Assembly (NCBI GenBank): GCA_965214605.1
Contig: OZ243961.1
Span: forward strand, 416,001-480,000
Length of the DNA: 64,000 nt
Source of the DNA: an uncultured Candidatus Binatia bacterium
Lineage (GTDB): Bacteria > Desulfobacterota > Binatia > Bin18
Reading direction: 5' to 3'
A model generated the notes under the pieces. That model was not told the origin of the DNA. It saw only the letters and a list, made by a program, of their open reading frames with translations, and searched no databases. A program made the position numbers and the translations under genes. Positions 40,347-49,724 of the stretch are shown in pieces (positions within the stretch are counted from its first letter, which is position 1; the number at the start of each line of letters is the position of its first letter).

Positions 40347-42302
40347 ATGCACCCGACAAAAACACTGTGGACACTGGCGCGACTTTTTCCGCCGTCGGCC
40401 AACCAGCCCGCTCTACATACTCCTGAACCGATTACGCTGGGAGTACGCCCGGGGGTGACTCCTAGTCCAAAACCTACAGTCTCTCTTTTTGTCGGTACCG
40501 AAGCAGCTCAATATCGGGCTGAACGCGTTTTTGTATGGTCAATAGAACAGGTTCGCGACCCAGGCCGGGTGTATAAAATTTATATCATGAAAAACTTGGC
40601 TGGCTTTGACCGTCGGGGCTGGCTGACCGGCTTTACCAATTATCGTTTTGCCATGCCACACTTCGCCTGCAGTCTGGCCATTCAGCGGGCGATTTATAAC
40701 GATGTGGATCAGGTCTATCTGGCCGATCCGGGCGAGCTGTTTGATACCGATTTAGGGGTACACGGATTTGTGTCGATTTCAGACCGTGACACCTCAGTCA
40801 TGCTGATGGACTGTGCCCGGATGGCTGGAGTCTGGTCGCTTCAGGAAGCCCAACATAAACGCCGCAGGACGATAGAGGCCAAAGCCGCAGCTCTGTGGGG
40901 ACCGCTTGACCTAGCCTGGAACGCACGGGACGAGGAATATCGGCCCGGGCGCTCCAAGGTTTTGCACTACACTACGATCCACGCCCAACCCTGGCAGCCT
41001 TTCCCCGAACGTTACGCCTACCAACGCAACCCGGTTGCCCACGTCTGGTTTGATCTTGAACGGGCAGCTGACCGGGCCGGCTACCACCTACCCGGCGCCC
41101 CACCGCCACCGCTCTCTCCCACAGGGCGCGCTCCTCTCTCGGTCTGGGTGCTGACCGCCGATAAACCTGGCCACGCCACCCAGGCGCTCGGCTTAGCCGA
41201 CGCGCTTGGGTGGCCATATGAAGAGAAAAGACTTGCTTTCACCAGAACGGCCGCGCTCCATAAGCGCCTGTTTGGCGTGCGTGGCGCAACCACCATCGGT
41301 CTAGATCGTACCCGCTCAGACCAACTGGAGGCCCCCTGGCCAGATATCGTGATTACCGCCGGCTGGCGGCCGGCACGGGTGGCACGGTGGATTCGGAATC
41401 ACAGCCAGGGCAAGACACGGCTGGTACTCCTTGGCCGCAAAGGTGGCCACCTCACCAGTCGATCAGATATTGTGGTTAGCTGTGGGCACTTTCGTCAGCC
41501 TCCCCACCCCCGCCGGATTGAAACGATCGCTCCCCTGACCCTGATCACCCGACAGCGTTTAGGGACGGCCGCGGCCGAGTGGCAGGAGATCCTAGCGCCT
41601 GCTCCCCGCCCCCGCATTGCCGTGTTAGTTGGTGGAGCGACCGTCCGTTATCGTTTTGATCCAGACACGGCTCGACAGTTGGGACGGGCGGTACGCGCGT
41701 TTGCCCACGACGTTGGCGCGAGTCTTTTTGTGACAACAAGTCGGCGGACCGGAGCGCAGGCCTGTTATGCCCTGCAACAGGCTCTCGGTCCTGTCCAGCA
41801 CATGCACGTGTGGCAAGCCGGACAGCCAACAAATCCCTATCTGGCCTATCTGAGCCTCGCCGATGCGCTGATTGTCACAGGTGAAAGCGAATCAATGTTG
41901 GCCGAAGCCGCGGCAACTGACAAGCCGCTCTACATCTATCCACTGCCAGAACGTCCGGCCCAGTTCGGGACGTGGCTCAAAGAATGGTTGGTCAGGCGCG
42001 CCCAACAGCCCCGATGGAATAAACGCGGCACGGTTCGTCCTCAGCGTGGCCTGGCGTATGTGTGTGGCCGCCTTATCGAACGCGGTGCGGTTCAGCCCCG
42101 GCGGGATCTGAACGCGCTCCACCAGACCCTTGTACAACACGGCTTTGCCCATTTCTTTGGTGAGCCGCTCAGTCTAGCCTCCCGTCCACGCCTGCAAGAG
42201 TTTGATCAAGTCGCCCGCCAGGTCCACCATCTCTTGAAAGGGGAACAATCAGGGCTGGTCTCCAAGGAAGAGAGCCGCGTTCCCCTTTTGGGAACACCAT
42301 GA
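40347..42302 (+). CDS. Fusion of a GT-A (GT8-like) glycosyltransferase and an ELM1/GtrOC1-family domain
   Basis: N-terminal FVGTE..GFTNYRF..IYNDVDQ (DxD)..VLHYT; C-terminal VWVLTADKPGHATQ, VTTSRRT, NPYLAYL, VTGESESM. Confidence 0.78.
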   Translation: MHPTKTLWTLARLFPPSANQPALHTPEPITLGVRPGVTPSPKPTVSLFVGTEAAQYRAERVFVWSIEQVRDPGRVYKIYIMKNLAGFDRRGWLTGFTNYRFAMPHFACSLAIQRAIYNDVDQVYLADPGELFDTDLGVHGFVSISDRDTSVMLMDCARMAGVWSLQEAQHKRRRTIEAKAAALWGPLDLAWNARDEEYRPGRSKVLHYTTIHAQPWQPFPERYAYQRNPVAHVWFDLERAADRAGYHLPGAPPPPLSPTGRAPLSVWVLTADKPGHATQALGLADALGWPYEEKRLAFTRTAALHKRLFGVRGATTIGLDRTRSDQLEAPWPDIVITAGWRPARVARWIRNHSQGKTRLVLLGRKGGHLTSRSDIVVSCGHFRQPPHPRRIETIAPLTLITRQRLGTAAAEWQEILAPAPRPRIAVLVGGATVRYRFDPDTARQLGRAVRAFAHDVGASLFVTTSRRTGAQACYALQQALGPVQHMHVWQAGQPTNPYLAYLSLADALIVTGESESMLAEAAATDKPLYIYPLPERPAQFGTWLKEWLVRRAQQPRWNKRGTVRPQRGLAYVCGRLIERGAVQPRRDLNALHQTLVQHGFAHFFGEPLSLASRPRLQEFDQVARQVHHLLKGEQSGLVSKEESRVPLLGTP

Positions 42303-43060
42303 CTCTTCCGCTTGTTTTTCTACGGCACGGCCGAAGTGTGTGGAATCAGCAACGCCGTTTTACAGGTTGGGCCGACGTTGCGCTCAGCCCCACCGGCTAC
42401 ACGGAAGCCGAAACCGCGGGCAAACTTCTCAAACAGGCCGGCTACCGCTTTGACGTGTGCTTCACCTCGGTGCTCCAGCGCGCCCAGAAAACCTTAGACA
42501 TTGTCCTCCACACCCTAGGGCAGCCTCAGCTGCCGGTTCATACGAGTTGGCGCTTAAACGAACGTCATTACGGCGCACTAGAAGGTCTTAGCCGCATTGA
42601 TGCGGCCGAACAGTATAGTCCCCGCCAGGTAACGATCTGGCAGCAGTATTTTGACATCTGTCCACCGCCTCTTGACCCCAAGGACCTCCGTTTCCCCGGC
42701 CATCATCCACGTTACCGTCAACTCGCTCCCGCCGACTTGCCCTGCACCGAGAGCCTCAAAAACGTTCGATCCCGTGTGCTGCCGTACTGGCATGACGCTA
42801 TTATCCCGCATCTAGAGGCCGGCCAAAGAGTCCTGATCGTTGCGCACGGCAACAGCCTGCGAGCACTTATCACCTATCTCGACGGTGTTCCAGAGGCCAC
42901 TATTCCGAAAATGAAAAGACCCCTGACCGGAGAGCCGCTCATTTACGAATTTGACTCCAACGGCAACCCCCTCCGCCACTTTTATCTTAGACGCTCGCCC
43001 AAACTGCAACGTTGGGCTCAATCGACTTTTGGCCCTGTACTGCCCAAACCCTCAGACTAG
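42299..43060 (+). CDS. gpmA: 2,3-bisphosphoglycerate-dependent phosphoglycerate mutase
   Basis: RHG.S.WN..RFTGW, WRLNERHYGAL, ESLK, AHGNSLRAL. Confidence 0.88.
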   Translation: MTLPLVFLRHGRSVWNQQRRFTGWADVALSPTGYTEAETAGKLLKQAGYRFDVCFTSVLQRAQKTLDIVLHTLGQPQLPVHTSWRLNERHYGALEGLSRIDAAEQYSPRQVTIWQQYFDICPPPLDPKDLRFPGHHPRYRQLAPADLPCTESLKNVRSRVLPYWHDAIIPHLEAGQRVLIVAHGNSLRALITYLDGVPEATIPKMKRPLTGEPLIYEFDSNGNPLRHFYLRRSPKLQRWAQSTFGPVLPKPSD

Positions 43061-43068
43061 GCTGTGCC

Positions 43069-43776
43069 ATGTCGTATCTTGATTTTGGTCGGCTTTACGC
43101 CCTTGACCCACACGCGTTTCAGGTTCAGACCCCCTATCCGTGGATCAATCCGGAGGGCCTGATCACGCCTGACGGCTATCAGCGCTTAGTGGACAGTCTG
43201 CCCGAGGTGTCGCAATTCACCCCGCTGTTTGGGGTCAGACGCGCCCACGGGCAGCCAAGTCATGACCGTTATGGGTTAGAGTACAGCCCGAGTCTTCGAC
43301 TCGCACCAGCCTGGCAGGAATTTATCGACGAGTTAGCCGGCAGTGCCTATCAGCGCTTTGTCTGTCGCATGTTTGGCGTGCGGTCCGTCGATCTGCGCTT
43401 TCATTGGCACTACACGCCCCGGGGCTGTTCGGTCTCTCCCCATTGTGATGCCAAACACAAACTCGGCTCGCATATTTTTTATTTCAATGCGAATTGGAAC
43501 CCGGCCTGGGGAGGAGAAACCCTCATTCTGGACGACGGCCAACGTTTTGATCGCAGGTCAGCCCCACAGTTTGAGGATTTTGATCGGCTCATCGCCTCCC
43601 AAGCCTTGGGCAATCGCAGCCTGTTGTTTCAGCGTAAAAAAAACTCGTGGCACGGCGTGCGACCACTGGAGTGTCCAGAAGGTCAGCTGCGGAAAGTCTT
43701 TATTGTCGTCATTGACCGCTCTTCAGCCTTTGACCGTATACGGCGGCTGTTTGGCAGAGAATCGAAAGGCTATTGA
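43069..43776 (+). CDS. 2OG-Fe(II) oxygenase
   Basis: SPHCD, WGGET, SWHGV, RKVF (HxD...H triad). Confidence 0.8.
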   Translation: MSYLDFGRLYALDPHAFQVQTPYPWINPEGLITPDGYQRLVDSLPEVSQFTPLFGVRRAHGQPSHDRYGLEYSPSLRLAPAWQEFIDELAGSAYQRFVCRMFGVRSVDLRFHWHYTPRGCSVSPHCDAKHKLGSHIFYFNANWNPAWGGETLILDDGQRFDRRSAPQFEDFDRLIASQALGNRSLLFQRKKNSWHGVRPLECPEGQLRKVFIVVIDRSSAFDRIRRLFGRESKGY

Positions 43777-44045
43777 CCCCAAGCAAATCGTCCAAACTTT
43801 TTTTGGAAAGTGGTCCACAATCAGCTGAGCAAACGCCCGGATTTGGCCCCGCTTCATCCGGCCCCCTTACCACAACGCCTTTTCACCATCACCAGGACAA
43901 CTAGTCAGGGGCGGCGGACTAAAGAGTCCGACTTGAGCAATCGCCATCCAATCAAAGAGATCTTTAGGGGACCCCGGCAAGGAGCCTGCCAACAGACCAC
44001 CCCCAATAGAGCACCCCTGGCAGTGACATAGACCCGTGCATTGCG

Positions 44046-44864
44046 CTAGCCCGTACGAAAGCGCTCAAAAGCACCCGGGTCTATCCGCTTCCACTTCTTT
44101 TCAAAAAAATACGCCTTGGTCCAGGCGGAGACATAACACAGTTCAACAAAGGGCAGATAGGGCCGGAAGTCGGGGACTCCGTCCCGCAATAAGCGCCGGA
44201 AAAAGTGGTCTTGAAACGGACCTAACCAGCGCGCTAGGGCGTTGGCCACTCCGGTTCCAATGAGCTGATCTTGACGTAAACTCTCGGCGTCTATACCGCA
44301 CACCAGTCCCTCTTTGTCGGTCACGATAAAATTCTTGAGAACCGCATCCGTATAGTCAAACCCTACCCAGACTCGGCCTGGGGTCAGTTTCTGTGCAGCA
44401 GCCCTGAGCTCACGGTAGGCGACATCGGACACAATCCTTACCCGGTTGAGGAAGTGCAGGTCGCGCTGAAGTCGGTACACAAACGGCGTGTCTTTCGCGT
44501 CCACAGCTCGGGGGGAATGGCTGTAGGTCGCGGCGTAGAAGTCGGCTATTCTTTCGACTGTGGGCGTGTCGAGCTGGATGATCGGACTGCCCTCAACATA
44601 GTCCAGCCACAGTTCGTGTTCATACCGGATGGCAACGAGCGGAAAATGAGGACTGCCGGAGAACGCCTCAAGATTGTGTTCGAGTTCGGCCGCTAGCGCG
44701 GTATCGCGCAGAATGAGCCGTTTGAAACGTTGCCCGTTCAACGTTTGAAAAGAAGTCCGCTGCGAATTCTGGAGACGGTTGCCAAATAGGCGTGATGCCA
44801 GATAGCGTAGCCGCCGCACGAGGCGAAAGCTTGCCGTTTCAGGTGGAAAGCACCGTGACAACAT
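44046..44864 (-). CDS. Hypothetical protein, possibly kinase-like fold
   Basis: 272-aa ORF; DAVLKNF and GIDAE loosely resemble phosphotransferase DxxxxN / D motifs; start uncertain. Confidence 0.55.
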   Translation of the reverse strand: MLSRCFPPETASFRLVRRLRYLASRLFGNRLQNSQRTSFQTLNGQRFKRLILRDTALAAELEHNLEAFSGSPHFPLVAIRYEHELWLDYVEGSPIIQLDTPTVERIADFYAATYSHSPRAVDAKDTPFVYRLQRDLHFLNRVRIVSDVAYRELRAAAQKLTPGRVWVGFDYTDAVLKNFIVTDKEGLVCGIDAESLRQDQLIGTGVANALARWLGPFQDHFFRRLLRDGVPDFRPYLPFVELCYVSAWTKAYFFEKKWKRIDPGAFERFRTG

Positions 44865-44873
44865 GAGGGGAGT

Positions 44874-46112
44874 ATAGGTACGTCAGCAGCCAACCATACA
44901 GCACGCCCCGCTCGCCACACACGCGGCCAGCATATCGGCCTGTTTGTCCGCTCGTTTGGCGGTGGTGGCGGCGCAGAACGGGTCGTGCTCAACCTGGCCA
45001 CGGCCCTGGCCGATCAGGGCCATCGAGTTGATCTGGTGATGGGTCGCAAGGAGGGCCATTTCCTGAATGAGATTCCCGATAAGGTCAATGTCATTAACCT
45101 GCAGGTTCGTTCAGCCCACCAACTGCTGCCCGTGGTGCTGAAAATGCCGCGTCTCGTTGGGACTCTAGCAGCAAGCCTGCTGCGTCCCACAGCGCCCTGG
45201 ATTCTGGGGGCTGTGCCTAACCTGGCGGCCTATTTAAACCACCAGCGGCCGGCAGCTCTGTTATCGGCTCTCAGCTATCCTAACGTTGCTGCCGTTTTGG
45301 CCCGGCGTCTGAGCCACGCATCAACCCGTATAGTGATTAGTGTCCATAATCACCTATCCACAGCCACGGCCCAGACCGGCAAAGCTGCCGACAAAAACTT
45401 TCCCCAACTTGCCCGCTGTTTGTATCCTGAGGCAGACCGTATTGTTGCCGTGTCGGACGGCGTAGCCGATGATCTAGCTCAAACAATAGGACTGCCACGT
45501 ACCCGTATCACTACAATTTATAACCCGGTTTTCCGTCCGGATATTCTGACTCTGGCCCAGGCTCCGCTTGAGCATAACTGGTTTACGCCAGGCGCTCCTC
45601 CGGTTATCCTTAGTATTGGCAAGCTCAAGCCCCAGAAGGATTTTGGATGTCTGATCCGGGCTTTTGCTCGCGTTCGAGCGGTCCGACCGGCCCGATTGCT
45701 CATTCTAGGCGAGGGGGTTCAGCGTGATGCTCTGCTATCCCTCGCCAGCCAACTCGGGATCGCCCACCATATCGCCCTGCCCGGCTTTGTGGCCAATCCC
45801 TTCGCCTATCTTGGCCGAGCCGCCCTCTTTGTCCTGTCTTCAGCCTGGGAGGGTCTGTCGAATGTTATTATTGAGGCTTTGGCGTGTGGCTGTCCAGTGG
45901 TCAGTACAGACTGTCCGAGCGGTCCAGCCGAACTCCTGCAGCAGGGCGTCTACGGCTCGTTGGTGCCAGTCGGGGATGATATGGCCTTAGCCCAAGCTAT
46001 CCTAGCAACGCTCGATAATCCCCCTCCTCCAGATCACTTACTCGGTCGGGCGCGCCAGTTCTCGATCGAACGCGCTGCTGAACACTACCTCCAGATTTTG
46101 CTCGGAGAGTAA
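44874..46112 (+). CDS. Glycosyltransferase family 4
   Basis: HIGLFVRSFGGGGGAERVV lies upstream of the ORF-track GTG at 44985; SSAWEGLSNVIIEALACG. Candidate start is ATA at 44874. Confidence 0.85.
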   Translation: MGTSAANHTARPARHTRGQHIGLFVRSFGGGGGAERVVLNLATALADQGHRVDLVMGRKEGHFLNEIPDKVNVINLQVRSAHQLLPVVLKMPRLVGTLAASLLRPTAPWILGAVPNLAAYLNHQRPAALLSALSYPNVAAVLARRLSHASTRIVISVHNHLSTATAQTGKAADKNFPQLARCLYPEADRIVAVSDGVADDLAQTIGLPRTRITTIYNPVFRPDILTLAQAPLEHNWFTPGAPPVILSIGKLKPQKDFGCLIRAFARVRAVRPARLLILGEGVQRDALLSLASQLGIAHHIALPGFVANPFAYLGRAALFVLSSAWEGLSNVIIEALACGCPVVSTDCPSGPAELLQQGVYGSLVPVGDDMALAQAILATLDNPPPPDHLLGRARQFSIERAAEHYLQILLGE

Positions 46113-46119
46113 AACCCGG

Positions 46120-46989
46120 CTAATCCTGCTCAAGGACTGAAAATTCTATTGCCCGGTCTACCTCGACTAGGTCTTGGACAAACGAGGAGCGGGCCTGAAT
46201 TAGGTCGTCCAGAGTATCGACCTCAGCCCACCACAGGCCGGCAATACAGCTGGTTTCAACCAGACCGGATTTGGCCATCGTGTCAATCACAGACAAATAC
46301 CAGCGTTGCAGAGCGGCCTTATGACGAATCGCTCGATCTAGAGCTCCCCGAAAGGCGTCTACTCCTGAGTCGCGAAAGACCATCAGCCCAATCGACTCAC
46401 CGTCGGTCTCTTCGACGGCCAAGGTCTTGCCGACCGCGAGCAGCTGCCGATCGCCGTTCAGGCTGACCTTCATATCGTCATCGTCGTACTTGGCCTTGCG
46501 GTCGATAGCCAAGGTCACCGGAGCGGACGGCGCGCGCATCAAACGCTCTAAGATTCGTGTTTCAAACAGCGTATCGCCGTTCAACAGTACAAAATCTTCG
46601 GTCATTTCCGACCTGGCCATCCAGCACGTGGCTAGGTTGTTCGAAGCGTCAAAAAATGGATTATACCGGGTCTGGACATCTAGCCCGTCGGGACGACGCA
46701 TGGCCAGCAGGGCCTCGACCTGGTCGGCTCCAAAGCCGACCATCAGGATGACCTGCTCCAGACCACACTTGGCCAACGCCTCAAGCTGGAGTTCCAGTAT
46801 TGTGCGCTCGTCATCAATAGGGAGCAAACATTTTGGCACCCTCTCGGTCAGCGGCAGCAGCCGCCGAGCCTGACCAGCGCTGAGTATAATCGCTTTCCGT
46901 GGCGGCCAGATACACAGGTCGGCCGCCCTCCCCTTCCTACCCTCTCCATTACACATAGGTCGTTCGCTTCGATCACGACCCAACCTCAT
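46120..46989 (-). CDS. Phosphocholine cytidylyltransferase (LicC)-like nucleotidyltransferase
   Basis: KAIILSAGQARRLLP..PKCLL, YNPFF..SNN, LNGD, ESIG, WAEVD. Confidence 0.85.
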   Translation of the reverse strand: MRLGRDRSERPMCNGEGRKGRAADLCIWPPRKAIILSAGQARRLLPLTERVPKCLLPIDDERTILELQLEALAKCGLEQVILMVGFGADQVEALLAMRRPDGLDVQTRYNPFFDASNNLATCWMARSEMTEDFVLLNGDTLFETRILERLMRAPSAPVTLAIDRKAKYDDDDMKVSLNGDRQLLAVGKTLAVEETDGESIGLMVFRDSGVDAFRGALDRAIRHKAALQRWYLSVIDTMAKSGLVETSCIAGLWWAEVDTLDDLIQARSSFVQDLVEVDRAIEFSVLEQD

Positions 46990-47105
46990 GGGTTGGGTCG
47001 TGTGGGGCTATTTTCCAACCCGTCCTCCCGATATAGGTGAAACTGGTGGGCAAATCAAGCCGCATAGCCTGGAGAAAGATACCGAAATGGTATTTTTCAT
47101 GGACT

Positions 47106-49436
47106 GTGGGTCAGACGCTGCACTGGTATATTGTGCGGGAGCTAGTGCGCCCCACCCAGCTCGCCTTTAGCGGTTTGACCGTCCTGCTGTTAACCGCTGA
47201 GCTGTTTGGGTTTTCTGATTTAGTTATCAACCTCGGCTTTGGACTTGGGGCGATTGTTCGGCTGCTGAGCTTTAAGCTGATCACTTTGGCCTCGACAACC
47301 CTGCCTTTTGCCTGCCTCGTCGGTATTCTGGTCGGACTCAGCCGTCTAAAAACCGATCTGGAAATCCTGGCCCTGCACGCCTCGGGCGTGTCTCGACGCC
47401 AGTGTGTAGGTCCGGTGCTGACTTTTTGTGCGGCCGCCACAGCCCTTGGCCTGATCCTCACCCTCAGCGCCTCACCCTGGGCCAAACGCGGTCTGAACAG
47501 CCTGCAACTAGGTATCGCGCGGGCCCATCCAGCCCACCTGCTGCGGGCCGGGGAGGCGCGGACCTTTGGGAACACCCGTATTCTGGCCCGTGAAGTCTCA
47601 AGCAGCGGCGATCAGCTGAGCGGCGTGCTGCTGTGGACCCCACATGATTCAGGCACGGGTTTCCTGGACGGACAGACGATTTTTGCGCGGCGCGGCCAAG
47701 TGCAGTCCAACGGTAACGGTAAGGCGCGATTGACTCTGTACAAGGGCTTGAGTCTGTCTCCGGTTCGCGGCACCGGCAACAATACCTATTTTGACACTCT
47801 GTGGACGTCACTACACGATACTCCGCCGTCCTCCGCTGCAGCTGACGATGAGCCACTCGTAGCACACCTGGCGTTCCAGGATTTGCTGCTCCGCGGTTGG
47901 CCGCTGGACAGGGAGCCCGGAGATGACCACTTTGTGCGGCTGGCTCAGACCGAGTTTCACCGTCGCTTAGCCATGCCTGTCGCCAGCCTCGTGTTCGGGC
48001 TGCTTGCCACGCCTCTCGTCCTGCTTGGTCGGACCTTTTCTCGGGCAGCCAGTGGTCTGTCCGGACTGTTGATTACTGTTGTGTACTACGGCTTGCTCCA
48101 GCTCGGTAACGGGCTGATCCAAACTGGCCTGGTCTCTCCCGGTGGGGGGGTCTGGCTGCCCAATATATTGGTCGGTGGGATTGCCCTCGTCCTATCGTCA
48201 GTCCAGAACGGCTGGCCGCGCTTGAGGAGCCGCATCGGCCGCTCTCCCACCCCCTCGTTCCAATCCGCGCTTGGTGACCTCAAAAGCCATATCCTCCAGC
48301 GCTACGCAGTCCGTTCATACGGATCGCTACTGCTGTTATCGTTCGGCTTTCTGTTCACCGGATATTTTTTAGTTGACGTGTTGGAACGCCTCCAGTGGTT
48401 TGCCCGCCACCAGGCCGAGTTTGGCGAGATCGTCCGTTTCTACTGTGCCCGCTCTCCGCTCCTAGCCTCGCGTATGGTTCCCATGTCACTGCTGTTAGCC
48501 ACCGCTCTGACCGTAGGGGTGCTGTCGGTCAACCGAGAGTTGATCGGGATGCGGGCCTGCGGCGTATCCGTGGTCCACGTCCTAAGCCCAATCCTGCTCA
48601 TGGCCTGCCTGATAGCTCCGGCCTATCTGTTTCTGAACGAAGCTCTCGTCCCCCGGACCAACGCCTGGGCTGACTGGCTCAAAATCACCGAGATCAAGTC
48701 TCCAGCGAACCAAACCCGCCTCCAACCGCTGGCTATGTGGCATCAGAACGGCAAGCTGTACCACGCCCACCAACTTGATACGGTCAAAAGAGAAGCCCAC
48801 GATATCTCAATTTATGAACTTGACGACAACGGCTTACCGACCAGTCGCACCGATGCCCGAACAGCCCGTCACATTGGTGATGGGATATGGGCCCTGACCG
48901 ATCCCATCCGGCTGGCCATTGGGGACGGCTCATTTGCACTGCTCCCCGCCTCCACTCACATCCACCTTGGGACTGATCCCCAAACCCAGGTTGACAGCAT
49001 GCACCTCAATGTCCGGCAATTGATCCGGACCATTCGCAGCACCGAAGCCAGCGGCTACGATGCCACCGTCTACCGGGTGGCCTGGCACATGAAGCTCGCC
49101 GCCCCGCTGACGTGTGTGTTCCTGCCCGCGATCGCGTTCTTCTTCGCCCTCAGCGGTCCACCGTTTCCCGGCCCAGCCCTGACCATCTTGGTCAGCTGCG
49201 GCCTAGGTATCGGTTCACTCCTGTTAAGCGACGTGTTTGCCTCACTCGGCTACGGTGCGTATATTCCACCTAGTCTTGCTGGTTGGGGACCGTCTGTAGT
49301 CCTATTCCTGCTGGCCGCCACCTTAGGCGTCCGCAGCCAATCGTTCGAAATCCGACCTCCCGGGCCTGGGGGTTGGGCGCACGCTGCACGTCGGATATCT
49401 CGACTTGGAGTGCCTCGGCGTTTCGTCCGATACTAA
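47106..49436 (+). CDS. Fused LptF-LptG (YjgP/YjgQ) permease
   Basis: Two LptF/G units in one frame: LHWYIVREL..LEILALHASGVS..EFHRRLAMP..WLPN, then ILQRYAVR..ELIGMRACGVS..KLAAP..AGWGP. Start uncertain (47037 or 47106). Confidence 0.88.
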   Translation: MGQTLHWYIVRELVRPTQLAFSGLTVLLLTAELFGFSDLVINLGFGLGAIVRLLSFKLITLASTTLPFACLVGILVGLSRLKTDLEILALHASGVSRRQCVGPVLTFCAAATALGLILTLSASPWAKRGLNSLQLGIARAHPAHLLRAGEARTFGNTRILAREVSSSGDQLSGVLLWTPHDSGTGFLDGQTIFARRGQVQSNGNGKARLTLYKGLSLSPVRGTGNNTYFDTLWTSLHDTPPSSAAADDEPLVAHLAFQDLLLRGWPLDREPGDDHFVRLAQTEFHRRLAMPVASLVFGLLATPLVLLGRTFSRAASGLSGLLITVVYYGLLQLGNGLIQTGLVSPGGGVWLPNILVGGIALVLSSVQNGWPRLRSRIGRSPTPSFQSALGDLKSHILQRYAVRSYGSLLLLSFGFLFTGYFLVDVLERLQWFARHQAEFGEIVRFYCARSPLLASRMVPMSLLLATALTVGVLSVNRELIGMRACGVSVVHVLSPILLMACLIAPAYLFLNEALVPRTNAWADWLKITEIKSPANQTRLQPLAMWHQNGKLYHAHQLDTVKREAHDISIYELDDNGLPTSRTDARTARHIGDGIWALTDPIRLAIGDGSFALLPASTHIHLGTDPQTQVDSMHLNVRQLIRTIRSTEASGYDATVYRVAWHMKLAAPLTCVFLPAIAFFFALSGPPFPGPALTILVSCGLGIGSLLLSDVFASLGYGAYIPPSLAGWGPSVVLFLLAATLGVRSQSFEIRPPGPGGWAHAARRISRLGVPRRFVRY

Positions 49437-49465
49437 AGGAGGGGTTATGGTCGAGGACCGTCTGC

Positions 49466-49541
49466 CGAGCCTTGGACGGTGGCTGGCGGGCTGGGTAAAC
49501 GCTAGCCCCCATCCACCATCCTCCCTAGACCAAGGCGCTCG
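49466..49541. other. Imperfect ~75-nt inverted repeat (hairpin) between lptFG and adk
   Basis: CGAGCCTTGG...CCAAGGCGCTCG outer stem; GGACGGTGGCTGGCGGGCTGG / CTAGCCCCCATCCACCATCC inner stem. Confidence 0.4.
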
Positions 49542-49724
49542 AAAAGTTGCCGTTACCTACAACCCCACGGCCTGGAAGCGCTGTTTGAGACTTGGTTGGC
49601 CCGGACACGCGAAGTCGCCCTTGTCATCAATCGACAAAAAGCCGTGGGACAAGTCCCGCGCCGGCCCCCAATTGAAAATGCGCGTACGACATGGCAAAGT
49701 CGGCCCCTAGGGAGGTATGGGGAC

